Source: Candidatus Spongiisociaceae bacterium (GTDB lineage: Bacteria > Actinomycetota > Acidimicrobiia > Spongiisociales > Spongiisociaceae). From it: a DNA stretch of 64,000 nucleotides. The notes under the pieces are model-generated. The model did not search any database, was not told the origin of the DNA, and saw only the letters and a list, made by a program, of their open reading frames with translations. The position numbers and the translations under genes are program-made. The DNA is taken from assembly GCA_965202665.1 (NCBI GenBank), contig OZ241841.1:2528001-2592000 (forward strand), given 5' to 3'. How positions within the stretch are numbered: position 1 is the stretch's first letter; every line of letters begins with the position of its first letter. Shown one piece after another: positions 36,201 to 45,360 of this stretch.

Positions 36201-36491
36201 CTCCACCCGGTATCCCCTCATCGTCCAGTAGCGGGGCACTACGTCTTTGATAACCCCGGCCAGAATGTTGCCGTAGTGGGGGCTGCCGGAGGCGAACGGC
36301 GGGCCGTCGTAGAAAGTGTATTCCCGGTCGGCGGGGCGCATTTCCACCGAGGCGCGGAAGGCGTCCGATTCGTCCCATCGTTTCTGCACCCGGGCTTCCA
36401 GGTCTTTCAGGTTCACCCGGGGGGACACCCGGCGAAAATCCGACCGGGCCGCCGCAGGAGAGGGGGATGACTGGTTGGCGGTTTCCGGCAA
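33246..36491 (-). CDS. ileS: Isoleucine-tRNA ligase (type 2)
   Basis: DGPPF..G.PHYGN, GWDTHGLP, WTTTPWTL, SRNRYWG, EGLDQTRGWFY, KMSKR. Confidence 0.97.
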   Translation of the reverse strand: MPETANQSSPSPAAARSDFRRVSPRVNLKDLEARVQKRWDESDAFRASVEMRPADREYTFYDGPPFASGSPHYGNILAGVIKDVVPRYWTMRGYRVERRFGWDTHGLPIEMEVENRLGVSGPRQIEEFGVDRFNAACREMVEVTTEEWEEITRRIGRWVDFENDYKTMDPEFMESVWWVFRALWDKDLVYRDFKVLPYSWAAGTTLSNFEVSLGGYREAEDPAVTVRLQVAEGAGPVRAGDYLTIWTTTPWTLLSNLAVAVAADAEYAAVEIDGERYWAAADLLGAVWDDPPPPADSARGAQLLGAAYRPAFPYFERERAKGAFRVIPGEEVSTGEGTGLVHMAPAYGEEDFYALAAAGIEALVDPVDMEARFTDRVPELAGTHVHDAEQRIIQMLEDSGALLKQERITHSYPYCYRTDTPLIYKAIPTWFVRVERIRERMAELNRSIHWVPERVGSHRFGNWLEDARDWAVSRNRYWGSCIPVWECGGCGRRECFGGREELRKRSGVWLEDMHKHVADLVVFPCPDCPGEMRRVPEVLDCWFESGSMPYAHLHYPFENRDRFQRGFPADFIAEGLDQTRGWFYTLHVLSCALFDEVAFRNCVVNGLILAGDGRKMSKRLKNYPEPLEVLDKYGGDAVRAYLINSPVLRAEPVRFSEEGVRDVVRTVILPFWNTYSFFTTYAAADGITFADLRRAPAPGERPEIDRWIISVLQSLISQTNALMEGCYLYSVVGPALGFVDDLTNWYVRRSRRRFWRSRGEGGPESERDKLSAFATLYEALTAFSRLLAPVLPFITDEIHLGLAPEETTVHHADFPQEDRNLIDEDLESSMAIARQVVRLGRSLRLQHSVGVRRPAASLTVLTSDPQTAAAAERHGAVIAEELNVKRIGVSSDELSLVELSAKPNFKTLGPRLGAEVKNLARSLAGASGEELARFLESGEMTVGGHRLGAGDVVVTRTPRPGMATASEGAVSVAMDIEPTAELVAEGLAREVVSRIQGVRRELDLDVSDRIRVGYHTSDPQLAEAVAAHAGFISGEALAARLAADPQLATAPASGPGIRECRVGQSLIVLSVDRHRPDPAGG

Positions 36492-36632
36492 ACGCTCCTC
36501 CTAGTCGGGAGTGGGGCGGTAAATATCGTAGTCAAGAACGCAACCCGGCGGCATCTTAGGTTTAGGTTGCAACCCGCTTCTTGTTATTCTATCTGCTAAC
36601 ATGGCGCGTCCGTTCCCCGGTGGGAGGTCTAT

Positions 36633-37016
36633 TTGGCGCTTCGCCGCAAACAACTTGCCGAGTCCACGGTCCGCAGTTTCGAACGGAAGTTGCTGGAAGA
36701 AGAGGCCCGTTTGTTGCGGGTGATAGAGGTGCACGAGGCGGAGCGGGTGCAGGTGCGCTTAGCTGAAACTTCGGCGGAGCGCAGCCCCGACCCCGATTCC
36801 GCCGAAGGCGGTTCCATGGCTTTCGAGTTCGAGAAGGAACTGTCGGTGGACCGCAACACCCGCGATCTGTTGTCGCAGGTCCGACGGGCCATGGGGCTGA
36901 TAGAGGAAGGGAAGTACGGAACGTGTCTGAGTTGCTCCCGTCCGATTCCGGTGGTGCGCCTGCGGGCGATCCCGCACACCACCATCTGCGTGGACTGCGC
37001 TTCCCGACGTCGCTGA
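36633..37016 (+). CDS. TraR/DksA C4 zinc-finger protein
   Basis: Coiled coil plus YGTCLSC...RL.AIP....CVDC; GGAGG RBS. Confidence 0.9.
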   Translation: MALRRKQLAESTVRSFERKLLEEEARLLRVIEVHEAERVQVRLAETSAERSPDPDSAEGGSMAFEFEKELSVDRNTRDLLSQVRRAMGLIEEGKYGTCLSCSRPIPVVRLRAIPHTTICVDCASRRR

Positions 37017-37474
37017 TCGGCAAACGGGTCCGGGCCGTCCTGATCGGCTCGGGGGTGGTTGCGGCCGACCAGTTGACCAAATGGTGGGCCCGTTCCGCTT
37101 TAGCCGACGGGGATGCGGATCTGATCGACGGCTTCCTGCGGTTTTACCTGGTGGAAAACCGGGGTTCGGCTTTTTCCCTGTTTCAGGGGGGCGGTCCGGT
37201 GCTGGCGGCGGTGGCCGCGGCAGCCGCCGTCTGGCTGGTGAAACTGGCCGGGCGGGCCGAAACCCGCACCCAACTGGCGGCGTTGGGCCTGATTCTGGGC
37301 GGGGCGGTGGGCAACTTGGTGGACCGGGTCGCCAAAGCCTCGGGGTCTTTCCTGGGAGGGTCGGTCACCGACTTCATCGACTTCTCGTTTTGGCCCACCT
37401 TCAACTTGGCCGACTCGGCCATCACGGTGGGGGTGGTGTTGTTGCTGTGGACGCACCGGCCCGTTCGGCGGTAG
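37013..37474 (+). CDS. lspA: Lipoprotein signal peptidase II (start uncertain)
   Basis: DQLTK, NRGSAFS, GGAVGNLVDR, VTDFI, FNLADSAI. Confidence 0.92.
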   Translation: MIGKRVRAVLIGSGVVAADQLTKWWARSALADGDADLIDGFLRFYLVENRGSAFSLFQGGGPVLAAVAAAAAVWLVKLAGRAETRTQLAALGLILGGAVGNLVDRVAKASGSFLGGSVTDFIDFSFWPTFNLADSAITVGVVLLLWTHRPVRR

Positions 37475-38424
37475 TGCCCGACCGGCTGGAAGGGCGGCGC
37501 TGGGACGTCGTTTTGGCCGACTTGGCGGGCATCAGCCGCGCCCGGGCCAAACGTTTGCTGGAGAGCGGGGAGGCGGCGGCGGCGGGCGGCGGGCCGTTGC
37601 GCCCGGCGGGCCGGGCGGCGGCGGGGACGGAAGTTCGTTACCGCTTGGGGGAGCCCCCGGCGGTGCGGCCGGCCGCCATGGACCTGTCGGCTCCCTATGA
37701 GGACGGTTATTTGGCGATAGTGGACAAACCGGCGGGGATGGTGGTGCATCCCGCCCCCGGACATTGGGACGACCGCACCCTGGTGTCGGCCCTGTTGCAC
37801 CGCTGGCCGCAAGTGGAGGGGGTGGGGAGCGGGCCGCGCTGGGGGATAGTGCACCGGTTGGACAAGGACACGTCGGGGGTGATGGCGGTGGCCCTCACCG
37901 AACCGGCTTTTCGGGGTTTGAGCGAGGCGGTGGCCGCCCGGGGGCTGGAGAGAAAATACCTGGCTTTGGCCCACGGTTCGCTTTCCGTTCCCACCGGGAC
38001 GATCGACGCCCCTTTGGGGCGGCGCCGTTCCCGCCGCCGCGTGTCCGCCTCCGGCAAACCGGCCGTGACCCATTACCGGCGTCTGGCGGAATGGTCCCTG
38101 CCCGACCTGTCGCTTTTGGAGATCACCTTGGAAACGGGCCGCACCCACCAGATACGCGCCCACCTGGAATCCATCGGCCATCACGCGGCGGGCGATCCGG
38201 TGTACGGCCGCCCGGCCCCCCCGGGGGCGGACCCGGGCCGGGTGTGGCTCCATTCCCGAAGCTTGGCCTTCCAACATCCGATAACCGGCCAACCGGTGCG
38301 GGCCCAAGCCCCCCTCCCCGCCGACTTGGAAAACAGCTTGCAAGCATTGGGCGCCCCCCGCGCGGGAAGCCTGGATTTTCTTTCCGAAGACACTTGCGGA
38401 GCGGGAGGCGGCCGGCCCGCCTGA
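37447..38424 (+). CDS. RluA/RluD-family pseudouridine synthase (start uncertain)
   Basis: VDKPAGMVVHP, HRLDKDTSG, LETGRTHQIR, GDPVYG. Confidence 0.93.
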   Translation: MDAPARSAVVPDRLEGRRWDVVLADLAGISRARAKRLLESGEAAAAGGGPLRPAGRAAAGTEVRYRLGEPPAVRPAAMDLSAPYEDGYLAIVDKPAGMVVHPAPGHWDDRTLVSALLHRWPQVEGVGSGPRWGIVHRLDKDTSGVMAVALTEPAFRGLSEAVAARGLERKYLALAHGSLSVPTGTIDAPLGRRRSRRRVSASGKPAVTHYRRLAEWSLPDLSLLEITLETGRTHQIRAHLESIGHHAAGDPVYGRPAPPGADPGRVWLHSRSLAFQHPITGQPVRAQAPLPADLENSLQALGAPRAGSLDFLSEDTCGAGGGRPA

Positions 38425-38458
38425 CAGGCGAAACGCCGGCTCTCGCCAGAGGCGGGTT

Positions 38459-38707
38459 TCAGGATTTGAAAGTAGCGGCCGGGTATTCCTTGCCGTTGAT
38501 GGTCACGGTGGTTTGCCCGCGGGCGGCCATTCTCCGCATCGCCTCCAAGACATCCCCGCCGTGCTTGCCTTCATACAGCTCCTGGTCGTACTGGACCCGG
38601 CGGCGGTTGTCTTCGTGGTCGTTAAACCAGTGGTTGGGATCGGCCCTCCGCCGACGCTCTTCTTCTGACAGTTCCTCGGTCGCGGGAAGATCAACGTTCG
38701 GTTCCAT
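38459..38707 (-). CDS. Small hypothetical protein, putative antitoxin (homologue of 56492-56758)
   Basis: ADPNHWFND...H...V.E..RR..A.G shared with the 56492 protein; overlaps upstream gene. Confidence 0.65.
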   Translation of the reverse strand: MEPNVDLPATEELSEEERRRRADPNHWFNDHEDNRRRVQYDQELYEGKHGGDVLEAMRRMAARGQTTVTINGKEYPAATFKS

Positions 38708-39065
38708 CTTTGTTACATCCTTTCGCAGATAGCCGCCCAGTATAGCCGGTCGCTGCCCGCGCTAGTTCCGGGGGAAGGCTTTCTTTGCATAGTTTATGGC
38801 AAGCGTGAAAGATTTTTCCGGTCGGCAACGTCAGGTGATCACCAAATATCACATGGTGCTGGTCCTCTTTGGTGGGTCCGTACGCGTGGTATGTGACTAC
38901 GTAATCCTTATCCCACCGGCCGTCGTCAGCTATGTACACCGTATCAGGGGAAAGGAGGACCTCTAGAATTTCGCCGAGTGGCATTCTGCGCCCAGTTTCT
39001 TGGGCGGAACCGAGTAGGCAGGCCTCTTCCCAGCCGAAAGGCAACGAATATCGATCCCGTGACAC
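38691..39065 (-). CDS. Small hypothetical protein, putative toxin (homologue of 56152-56484)
   Basis: RRM....ILEVL followed by beta-rich region with His residues; lower GC than flanks. Confidence 0.6.
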   Translation of the reverse strand: MSRDRYSLPFGWEEACLLGSAQETGRRMPLGEILEVLLSPDTVYIADDGRWDKDYVVTYHAYGPTKEDQHHVIFGDHLTLPTGKIFHACHKLCKESLPPELARAATGYTGRLSAKGCNKDGTER

Positions 39066-39377
39066 CCATTCGCAGTTATTAAAGGGAAACGCTTGGCGAA
39101 TCGGGGGTGCTGGCTCTGTCGTTCCTGGTTCGTTTTAGTTGTTAGTTATCGACATATTAAATAATATAAAAGGAGTATGTGACACGAAAACATTCCCCAG
39201 CTTGGCGATTAGGGGAGGGGGCGGCATCGGTTGGGCGGGAGGTTTGTCGCACCGGGCGGGGAAACTGGTTTGATAATGCGCCGCGGGCGCTTGCGACTCG
39301 GCTAAAGTGGGCACGGCCTTCCCCCCTGACGCATTGGGCGCTCGCGGGCGTAACCCGTGCGACAGGGAAAGTCTTCA

Positions 39378-42300
39378 ATGTCCAATGACGATTTCGTGCA
39401 TCTGCACGTGCACAGCGAGTTTTCCATGCTGGACGGAGCGGCCCGCATCAGCGAAGTTATGGATGCGGTGGTTGCCGACGGCGGCCGGGCTATCGGGCTG
39501 ACCGACCACGGGGTGCTGTACGGAGTGGTGGATTTCTACCGGGCGGCCCGCGACCGCGACCTGACCCCGGTTTTGGGGGTGGAAGCCTATCTGACGGCCG
39601 GTTCCCGCTTCGACCGCCCCCCGCCCCAGGCCAACACCCGCTACCACATTACGCTCCTAGCCGAAAACCAAACCGGTTACGCCAATCTGGTGAAGCTGGT
39701 CAGCAGGGCCTATCTGGAGGGCTTCTACTACAAACCGCGCATGGACCGCGAACTGCTGGCCGAACACGCCGCCGGGCTGATCGCCACCACCGGTTGCCTG
39801 GGCGGCCAGATACCGCAGTTGCTGGCCCCCGACGCCTCCCGGGAGGAGGGCAACACCGGGGGGGTGCGGGATGCGGAGGCCGCCCTGCGCGTCGCCGGCG
39901 AGTATCAGGACATTTTCGGCAAAGACAACTTTTTCATCGAACTGCAGGACCACGGCTTAGAACCGCAACGGCGGATTATGCCCGACCTGATGGACATCTC
40001 CCGCCGTTTGGGGGCTCCGCTTTTGGCCACCAACGACATTCACTACACCCACCCCGACCAGGCGCAGGCGCACGACGCCCTGCTGTGCATACAGACCGCC
40101 TCCAACATCGCCGAAGAAAACCGGCTCAAGTTCGATTCCCACGAGTTCTATCTGAAAACGGCCCGCCAGATGCGGGACCTGTTCCCCCAAGACCAGTTTC
40201 CCGGGGCCTGCGACAACACCCTGCGGGTGGCGGAACGGTCCGAGGTGCGGATTAATTTCGATCAGATTCTGCTGCCCAACTTCGGGGTGCCCGACGGCCA
40301 CACCTCCGTCACCTACCTGCGCCAACTGGTGTTGGAGGGGGCCCGCGCCCGCTACCGGGTTTTGGAGGGGGAGGCGGCGGAGCGGATAGAACACGAGTTG
40401 AAAATCATCGAGGAAATGGGTTTTCCCGACTACTTCCTGATCGTGTGGGATCTGGTCCGCCACGCCCGGGAGCAGGGCATTCGGGTGGGACCGGGCCGGG
40501 GTTCCGCCGCCGGCTCCATCGTGGCTTACGCCCTGCGCATCACCGACCTGGACCCCTTGCACTACGGGCTGATCTTCGAACGGTTCCTGAACCCGGGCCG
40601 CCGGGAAATGCCCGACATAGACATTGACTTCGATGAACGTCATCGGGGGCGGGTGATTCAATATTTGGTGGACAAGTACGGGTCCGACCATGTGGCCCAG
40701 ATTGTCACTTTCTCCACCATCAAAGGCAAGCAGGCCATTCGCGATTCGGCCCGGGTGCTGGGCTTTCCATACGAAACGGGCGACCGTTTGGCCAAAATGA
40801 TGCCCCCGGCCGTGCTGGGACGGGAAGCTTCCCTCGACATCTGTTTCAACAGCCCCGCCGACGACGCGGAGAGTTTGGTCAAAGACTGGCACGCCAACGC
40901 CGCCGGCCTGCGCGAAGCCTACCGCGAGCAGGAGGAAGCCAAACAGGTAATAGACACCGCCCGCGGTTTGGAGCATCTGCGCCGCCAGGACTCCATTCAC
41001 GCCGCGGCGGTGGTCATCTCCCCGGAGCCGCTGACCGAACTGGTGCCGTTGCAACGCAAAGGGGACGACAAAGAGGTGGTTACCCAGTACGAAATGGGGG
41101 CCATCGAGTCCCTGGGACTGCTGAAAATGGACATCCTCGGCCTGCGCACCCTGTCCACCATTGACAAATGCCTGGACCTGGTGGAATCCACGCAGGGTTT
41201 CCGACCCGACATCGACAACGTGGACCTCCAGGATCGGAAGACTTTTGAGATGATGTGCCGGGGGGACACGGTGGGGGTGTTTCAGTTGGAAGGCTCGGCC
41301 ATGCGGGCCTTGATCCGGAGCTTGCAACCGGACCGGTTTGAGGACATCATCGCCTTGGTGGCCCTCTACCGCCCCGGCCCCATGTCCAACGATTGGCACA
41401 ACGCCTACTCAGACCGCAAAAACGGCCGCCGCCCGGTGGAATACCCGCATCCGGCCGCCGAAGACGCCCTGCGGGACACTTACGGCCTGATGATCTACCA
41501 GGAGCAGGTGATGGAGATCGCCCGTCAGATAGCCGGTTATTCGATGGCCGACGCCGACTCTCTCCGCAAGGCGATGGGTAAAAAAATCCCCGCCATCATG
41601 AAAGCGGAGCGGGAAAAGTTCATCGCCGGGGCGCAGGATCAGGGGCATCCGCCGCAGTTGGGAGGCCCCCTCTTCGACTCCATTGAAGGGTTCGCTGGCT
41701 ACGGCTTCAACAAGTCGCACAGCGCCGCCTACGGCCTGCTCGCCTATCAAACGGCCTACCTGAAAGCCAACTACCCGCCCCAGTACATGGCCGCCTTGCT
41801 CACCTCGGTGCGTAAAGACAAAGACAAGACCGCCCTCTACCTGAGCGAATGCCGCGTCATGGAACTGGAAGTGGTATGCCCGTCGGTCAACCACGCCGAA
41901 AGCGACTACGCGGTGGTGGGCGAGCAGATAATGTTTGGCATGGCGGCGGTGCGCAACGTGGGGCCGCGGGTGGTGGATTTCATCGTCGAAGCCCGGGAGG
42001 GCAAAGAGGGCCCGTTTACCGACTTCCATGACTTTCTCAACCGGGTGAGATTGCACGTGTTGAACAAGGGCACGGTGGGGGCGCTGATTAAAGCGGGGGC
42101 CTTCGACGCGCTGGGCCATTCCCGCAAAGGCCTGTACGAGGTGATGGAGACGATGGTGGATGTCACGCTGGCCCGGCGCCGCAACGAAGACAGGGGGCAG
42201 TACGGACTGTTCGGGGAGGACGACCCCGGGGTGGATGTCAAAAAGGTGGAGATCTCCGACGACGAATGGCGGCAGTCGGTCCGCTTGGGCTTTGAGAAGG

Positions 42301-42908
42301 AGATGTTGGGAATGTACGTGTCCGACCATCCCCTGCTGGGCTCCGGCGGCCGCCGGGTGCTCAACCAGGCCGACTGTTCCATCGTGGAGTTGCGGGAGCG
42401 CGAGGACGGGGAACGGGTGAAAGTGGCGGGGATAGTGGGCAAGATCACCCGCCGTTACACCCGCGGCGGGGATTTGATGATTTTCTTCGAGTTGGAGGAT
42501 ACGGCCAGCTCGGTGGAGGTGCTGGCCTTTCCCCGCACGGTGGAGTCGTGCGGCGACCAGATCGAAGCGGACGCCATCGTTTTGGTGGAGGCCCGGCTCA
42601 ACCGCAGCGAAGACGAGGTCAAACTGCGGGCTCACGACGTGCAACAGCCGACGATACGCACCAACGAGGATTATCCGGTGCGGGTGCCCGCCGAAGCGAT
42701 GGTGCCGGAGGCGGTGCGGGAGCTGAAACGCATCCTCGCCAACCATCGGGGCCAAGTCCCGGTCCTGTTGCATATGACCGCCGGCGACGGCGCCGAACAA
42801 CGGGTGTTGCGATTGGACGATGAGTTTTCCATTAAGCCGTCCTCCACTTTGGACGGGGAGATAGCGGAACTGTTCGGGGCGGAGTCGCTGGCGGCTCCGG
42901 CTTCTTAG
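39378..42908 (+). CDS. dnaE: DNA polymerase III alpha subunit
   Basis: HLHVHSEFSMLDGA PHP domain, GPGRGSAAGS, MPDIDIDF, KMDILGL, YGFNKSH. Confidence 0.98.
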   Translation: MSNDDFVHLHVHSEFSMLDGAARISEVMDAVVADGGRAIGLTDHGVLYGVVDFYRAARDRDLTPVLGVEAYLTAGSRFDRPPPQANTRYHITLLAENQTGYANLVKLVSRAYLEGFYYKPRMDRELLAEHAAGLIATTGCLGGQIPQLLAPDASREEGNTGGVRDAEAALRVAGEYQDIFGKDNFFIELQDHGLEPQRRIMPDLMDISRRLGAPLLATNDIHYTHPDQAQAHDALLCIQTASNIAEENRLKFDSHEFYLKTARQMRDLFPQDQFPGACDNTLRVAERSEVRINFDQILLPNFGVPDGHTSVTYLRQLVLEGARARYRVLEGEAAERIEHELKIIEEMGFPDYFLIVWDLVRHAREQGIRVGPGRGSAAGSIVAYALRITDLDPLHYGLIFERFLNPGRREMPDIDIDFDERHRGRVIQYLVDKYGSDHVAQIVTFSTIKGKQAIRDSARVLGFPYETGDRLAKMMPPAVLGREASLDICFNSPADDAESLVKDWHANAAGLREAYREQEEAKQVIDTARGLEHLRRQDSIHAAAVVISPEPLTELVPLQRKGDDKEVVTQYEMGAIESLGLLKMDILGLRTLSTIDKCLDLVESTQGFRPDIDNVDLQDRKTFEMMCRGDTVGVFQLEGSAMRALIRSLQPDRFEDIIALVALYRPGPMSNDWHNAYSDRKNGRRPVEYPHPAAEDALRDTYGLMIYQEQVMEIARQIAGYSMADADSLRKAMGKKIPAIMKAEREKFIAGAQDQGHPPQLGGPLFDSIEGFAGYGFNKSHSAAYGLLAYQTAYLKANYPPQYMAALLTSVRKDKDKTALYLSECRVMELEVVCPSVNHAESDYAVVGEQIMFGMAAVRNVGPRVVDFIVEAREGKEGPFTDFHDFLNRVRLHVLNKGTVGALIKAGAFDALGHSRKGLYEVMETMVDVTLARRRNEDRGQYGLFGEDDPGVDVKKVEISDDEWRQSVRLGFEKEMLGMYVSDHPLLGSGGRRVLNQADCSIVELREREDGERVKVAGIVGKITRRYTRGGDLMIFFELEDTASSVEVLAFPRTVESCGDQIEADAIVLVEARLNRSEDEVKLRAHDVQQPTIRTNEDYPVRVPAEAMVPEAVRELKRILANHRGQVPVLLHMTAGDGAEQRVLRLDDEFSIKPSSTLDGEIAELFGAESLAAPAS

Positions 42909-42952
42909 GGCGGAGGCAGCTACGGGGAGCATGGGCGGAAAGGAGGTAGGCC

Positions 42953-43177
42953 GTGGCCGAGTTTGACGTGGACGCCATGTTGCAACGTTTCCGGGATCGG
43001 GCGCAGGCGGTGCAGGAGCGCGGTTTGCCGCCGGTGGCGGGGGAGGGGCGGCAGGCTTTTATGGAACAGGCGGAGCGGGATTTCACCGACTTTGCCTTGA
43101 TTGGCTCATCCGCTTGGTCGGTGGAGGACGGCCATCTGGTGTTGCGCATCCCCCTGGGGGGCGGCTCGGATGGGTAG
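42953..43177 (+). CDS. Small hypothetical protein
   Basis: Strong RBS AAGGAGGT; host-like codon usage. Confidence 0.65.
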   Translation: MAEFDVDAMLQRFRDRAQAVQERGLPPVAGEGRQAFMEQAERDFTDFALIGSSAWSVEDGHLVLRIPLGGGSDG

Positions 43178-43189
43178 CGGAGGGCGAAG

Positions 43190-43957
43190 ATGATGGAAGC
43201 AGCCGGTTTGCTGGCCGGGTTGGAAAGGCAGGGGGAGATGATGGCCGGGGCCCTGTCCCGCGTTCCGGCCGACCGGACGGTTCCCACCTGCCCGGAGTGG
43301 GCGGTGCGGGACTTGGCGCACCACACCGGCCGGGTGCACCGCTGGGCGGCCGGGGTGGTGGGGGCGGAGCAGGACGAACCGTGGAGCGACCTGAAGCAGA
43401 TTGTTCCCGACGGCTGGCCGGCGGACGCCGACTTGGCCGACTGGTTCCGGGAGGGCCTGCGGGGGCTGGCCTCCGTCTTGCGGGAAGCCCCCGATGATTT
43501 GCGGTGCTTCACCTTCTTGCCGGTCTCCGATCCCAAGTTGTTCTGGACCCGCCGCATGGCCCACGAAACGGCCATCCACCGGTTGGACGCCGAATTGTCC
43601 GCCGGGGGGCAGGGGGTTGATTTTGAACCCGGGTTTGCGGCCGACGGGGTGGATGAGTTGCTGACCATGTTCGTGGAACGCACCAGGGGACGTCTCGCCG
43701 CGCCGTTGCTGACCGCCCCCCGCCCGGTGACTCTGCGGGTGGCGGAATCCGACGGGCGGGGCCGGTGGATGGTCCGCTTCGGCCCGGTGGGGGCCTCCGG
43801 CTGGCGGGACGACCCGGCGGCGGAGGCGGACTGCACGGTGACCGGTCCGGCCGCTTCCCTGTACCCGTTCCTGTGGAACCGCCCCCGCCCCCGGGGCATC
43901 CGAGTGCAGGGAGACCGGGAGGTGTTGGAATTCTGGCGCCATCACGGTTCTTTCTAG
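43190..43957 (+). CDS. Mycothiol-dependent maleylpyruvate isomerase-family protein
   Basis: VPTCPEWAVRDL..H.G.VHRW, RRMAHETAIHRLD, AADGVDE. Confidence 0.88.
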   Translation: MMEAAGLLAGLERQGEMMAGALSRVPADRTVPTCPEWAVRDLAHHTGRVHRWAAGVVGAEQDEPWSDLKQIVPDGWPADADLADWFREGLRGLASVLREAPDDLRCFTFLPVSDPKLFWTRRMAHETAIHRLDAELSAGGQGVDFEPGFAADGVDELLTMFVERTRGRLAAPLLTAPRPVTLRVAESDGRGRWMVRFGPVGASGWRDDPAAEADCTVTGPAASLYPFLWNRPRPRGIRVQGDREVLEFWRHHGSF

Positions 43958-44143
43958 AGGATGGGCGCAAAGCCGGGTTTTGGACGAGCGGCTAGTAGAT
44001 TTACCCAGACGCAGTCGACATAGCCACCAATCAGCGAGGCTTGGATGGGATAAAGTCAGGAGAAACGGAGGGGAACCCGGTGCAGGATCGGGTGCCAGGC
44101 AAGGCGGCATCCCAACCGAAAGGCGAGAAACGGAGGCAAACCT

Positions 44144-45022
44144 GTGCAGGAAATGCAGTATCTTGGTCTGTTGCGGGAGTTGGTGGAGAGCGGGGTTCCC
44201 AAACCGGACCGTACCGGGGTGGGCACGTTCAGCTTGTTCGGACGCCAGATAAGGTTTGACCTGTCCGAGGAGTTTCCGTTGCTGACCACCAAGAAGATAC
44301 ATTTCCGTTCGGTGGTGCATGAGTTGCTGTGGTTCCTGTCCGGTAACAGCAACGTTCGCTACCTGAATGACAACGGGGTGCGCATCTGGGACGAGTGGGC
44401 CGACCCCGCAACCGGCGACCTGGGCCCAATATACGGGACGCAGTGGCGGTCTTGGGCAGGGCCGGATGGGGAGGCTATCGACCAGCTGGCGCGGGTGGTG
44501 GAGGAAATCCGCACCGACCCCTACTCGCGGCGGCTGGTGGTGTCGGCTTGGAACGTGTCCGACCTGCCCAAAATGGCCCTCCCCCCCTGCCATGTCCTGT
44601 TCCAGTTCTATGTGGCCGAGGGGAAACTGAGCCTGTCGCTCTACCAGCGCAGTGCCGATATTTTCCTGGGCGTTCCGTTCAACATAGCCTCCTATTCGTT
44701 GCTGTTGCTGATGGTCGCCCAAGTGACCGATCTGGAGCCGGGGGAGTTCGTCCACAACTTTGGTGATGTGCACCTTTATCGGAATCACTGCGAGCAGGCG
44801 CGTGAGCAGTTGGCGCGCGAGCGTGATCTCCAACCCCTTCCTCGTTTAGAGATCGTTACACGTCGTAATGATCTATTTTCCTTCGATTATAATGATTTTA
44901 GGTTGGTTCGAATACAAGCGGATCATCCTATACAGGAGCGCTTTCCCGTGTTCGCTGACGAAAAATATAAGTATGAGGGATACCAGTACCATCCGGCTAT
45001 TCCGGCTCCGGTGGCGGTGTAG
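44144..45022 (+). CDS. thyA: Thymidylate synthase
   Basis: [47 protein letters not shown]-terminal APVAV. Confidence 0.97.
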   Translation: MQEMQYLGLLRELVESGVPKPDRTGVGTFSLFGRQIRFDLSEEFPLLTTKKIHFRSVVHELLWFLSGNSNVRYLNDNGVRIWDEWADPATGDLGPIYGTQWRSWAGPDGEAIDQLARVVEEIRTDPYSRRLVVSAWNVSDLPKMALPPCHVLFQFYVAEGKLSLSLYQRSADIFLGVPFNIASYSLLLLMVAQVTDLEPGEFVHNFGDVHLYRNHCEQAREQLARERDLQPLPRLEIVTRRNDLFSFDYNDFRLVRIQADHPIQERFPVFADEKYKYEGYQYHPAIPAPVAV

Positions 45023-45039
45023 TCGAGGGACTTGACGCC

Positions 45040-45360
45040 GTGGACCGTTGGGAGTCGCTGATCGTGCTGATGCGCATCCTGCGGGTGTTGCTCATCTTCA
45101 CCGCCCTCGGCCTGGGAGTGGCCCCGGTGTTGATGCTCATCGACCTGACCGGCGGCGGCACCGGTTACGGGCTGTGCGTGCAGGGCTGGACTTCCTGCGA
45201 AGGATCGTTCACCGCCGGGTTGGCGCGGATGACCGTGCTGTGCGCCGGGTTGTTCCTGTTGGCGGCCGGGGTTCGGTTGATTTCCACCCTCATCCGCCGC
45301 ATCGAGCGACGCCGACAGTTCAGCGACTTCCTGGCCCGTCAGGGCATAGAGGGGGGATAG
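45040..45360 (+). CDS. Small membrane protein with Cys pair
   Basis: Two hydrophobic helices flanking GGGTGYGLC......C. Confidence 0.6.
   Translation: MDRWESLIVLMRILRVLLIFTALGLGVAPVLMLIDLTGGGTGYGLCVQGWTSCEGSFTAGLARMTVLCAGLFLLAAGVRLISTLIRRIERRRQFSDFLARQGIEGG

Noticed and set aside
33408-36470. Long antisense or alternate-frame ORFs (e.g. 1020 aa opposite ileS, 868 aa at 46500-49106, 744 aa opposite polA)
   Set aside because: Shadow ORFs expected at high GC; they overlap well-supported genes and lack recognisable motifs
36492-36632. Actinobacterial ileS T-box riboswitch
   Set aside because: Intergenic region is short, shared with the divergent traR/dksA gene, and I find no T-box GGTGGNACC-type motif on the minus strand
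39378-42908. Intein in DnaE
   Set aside because: Normal length, with no C/S...HN splice motifs or LAGLIDADG blocks
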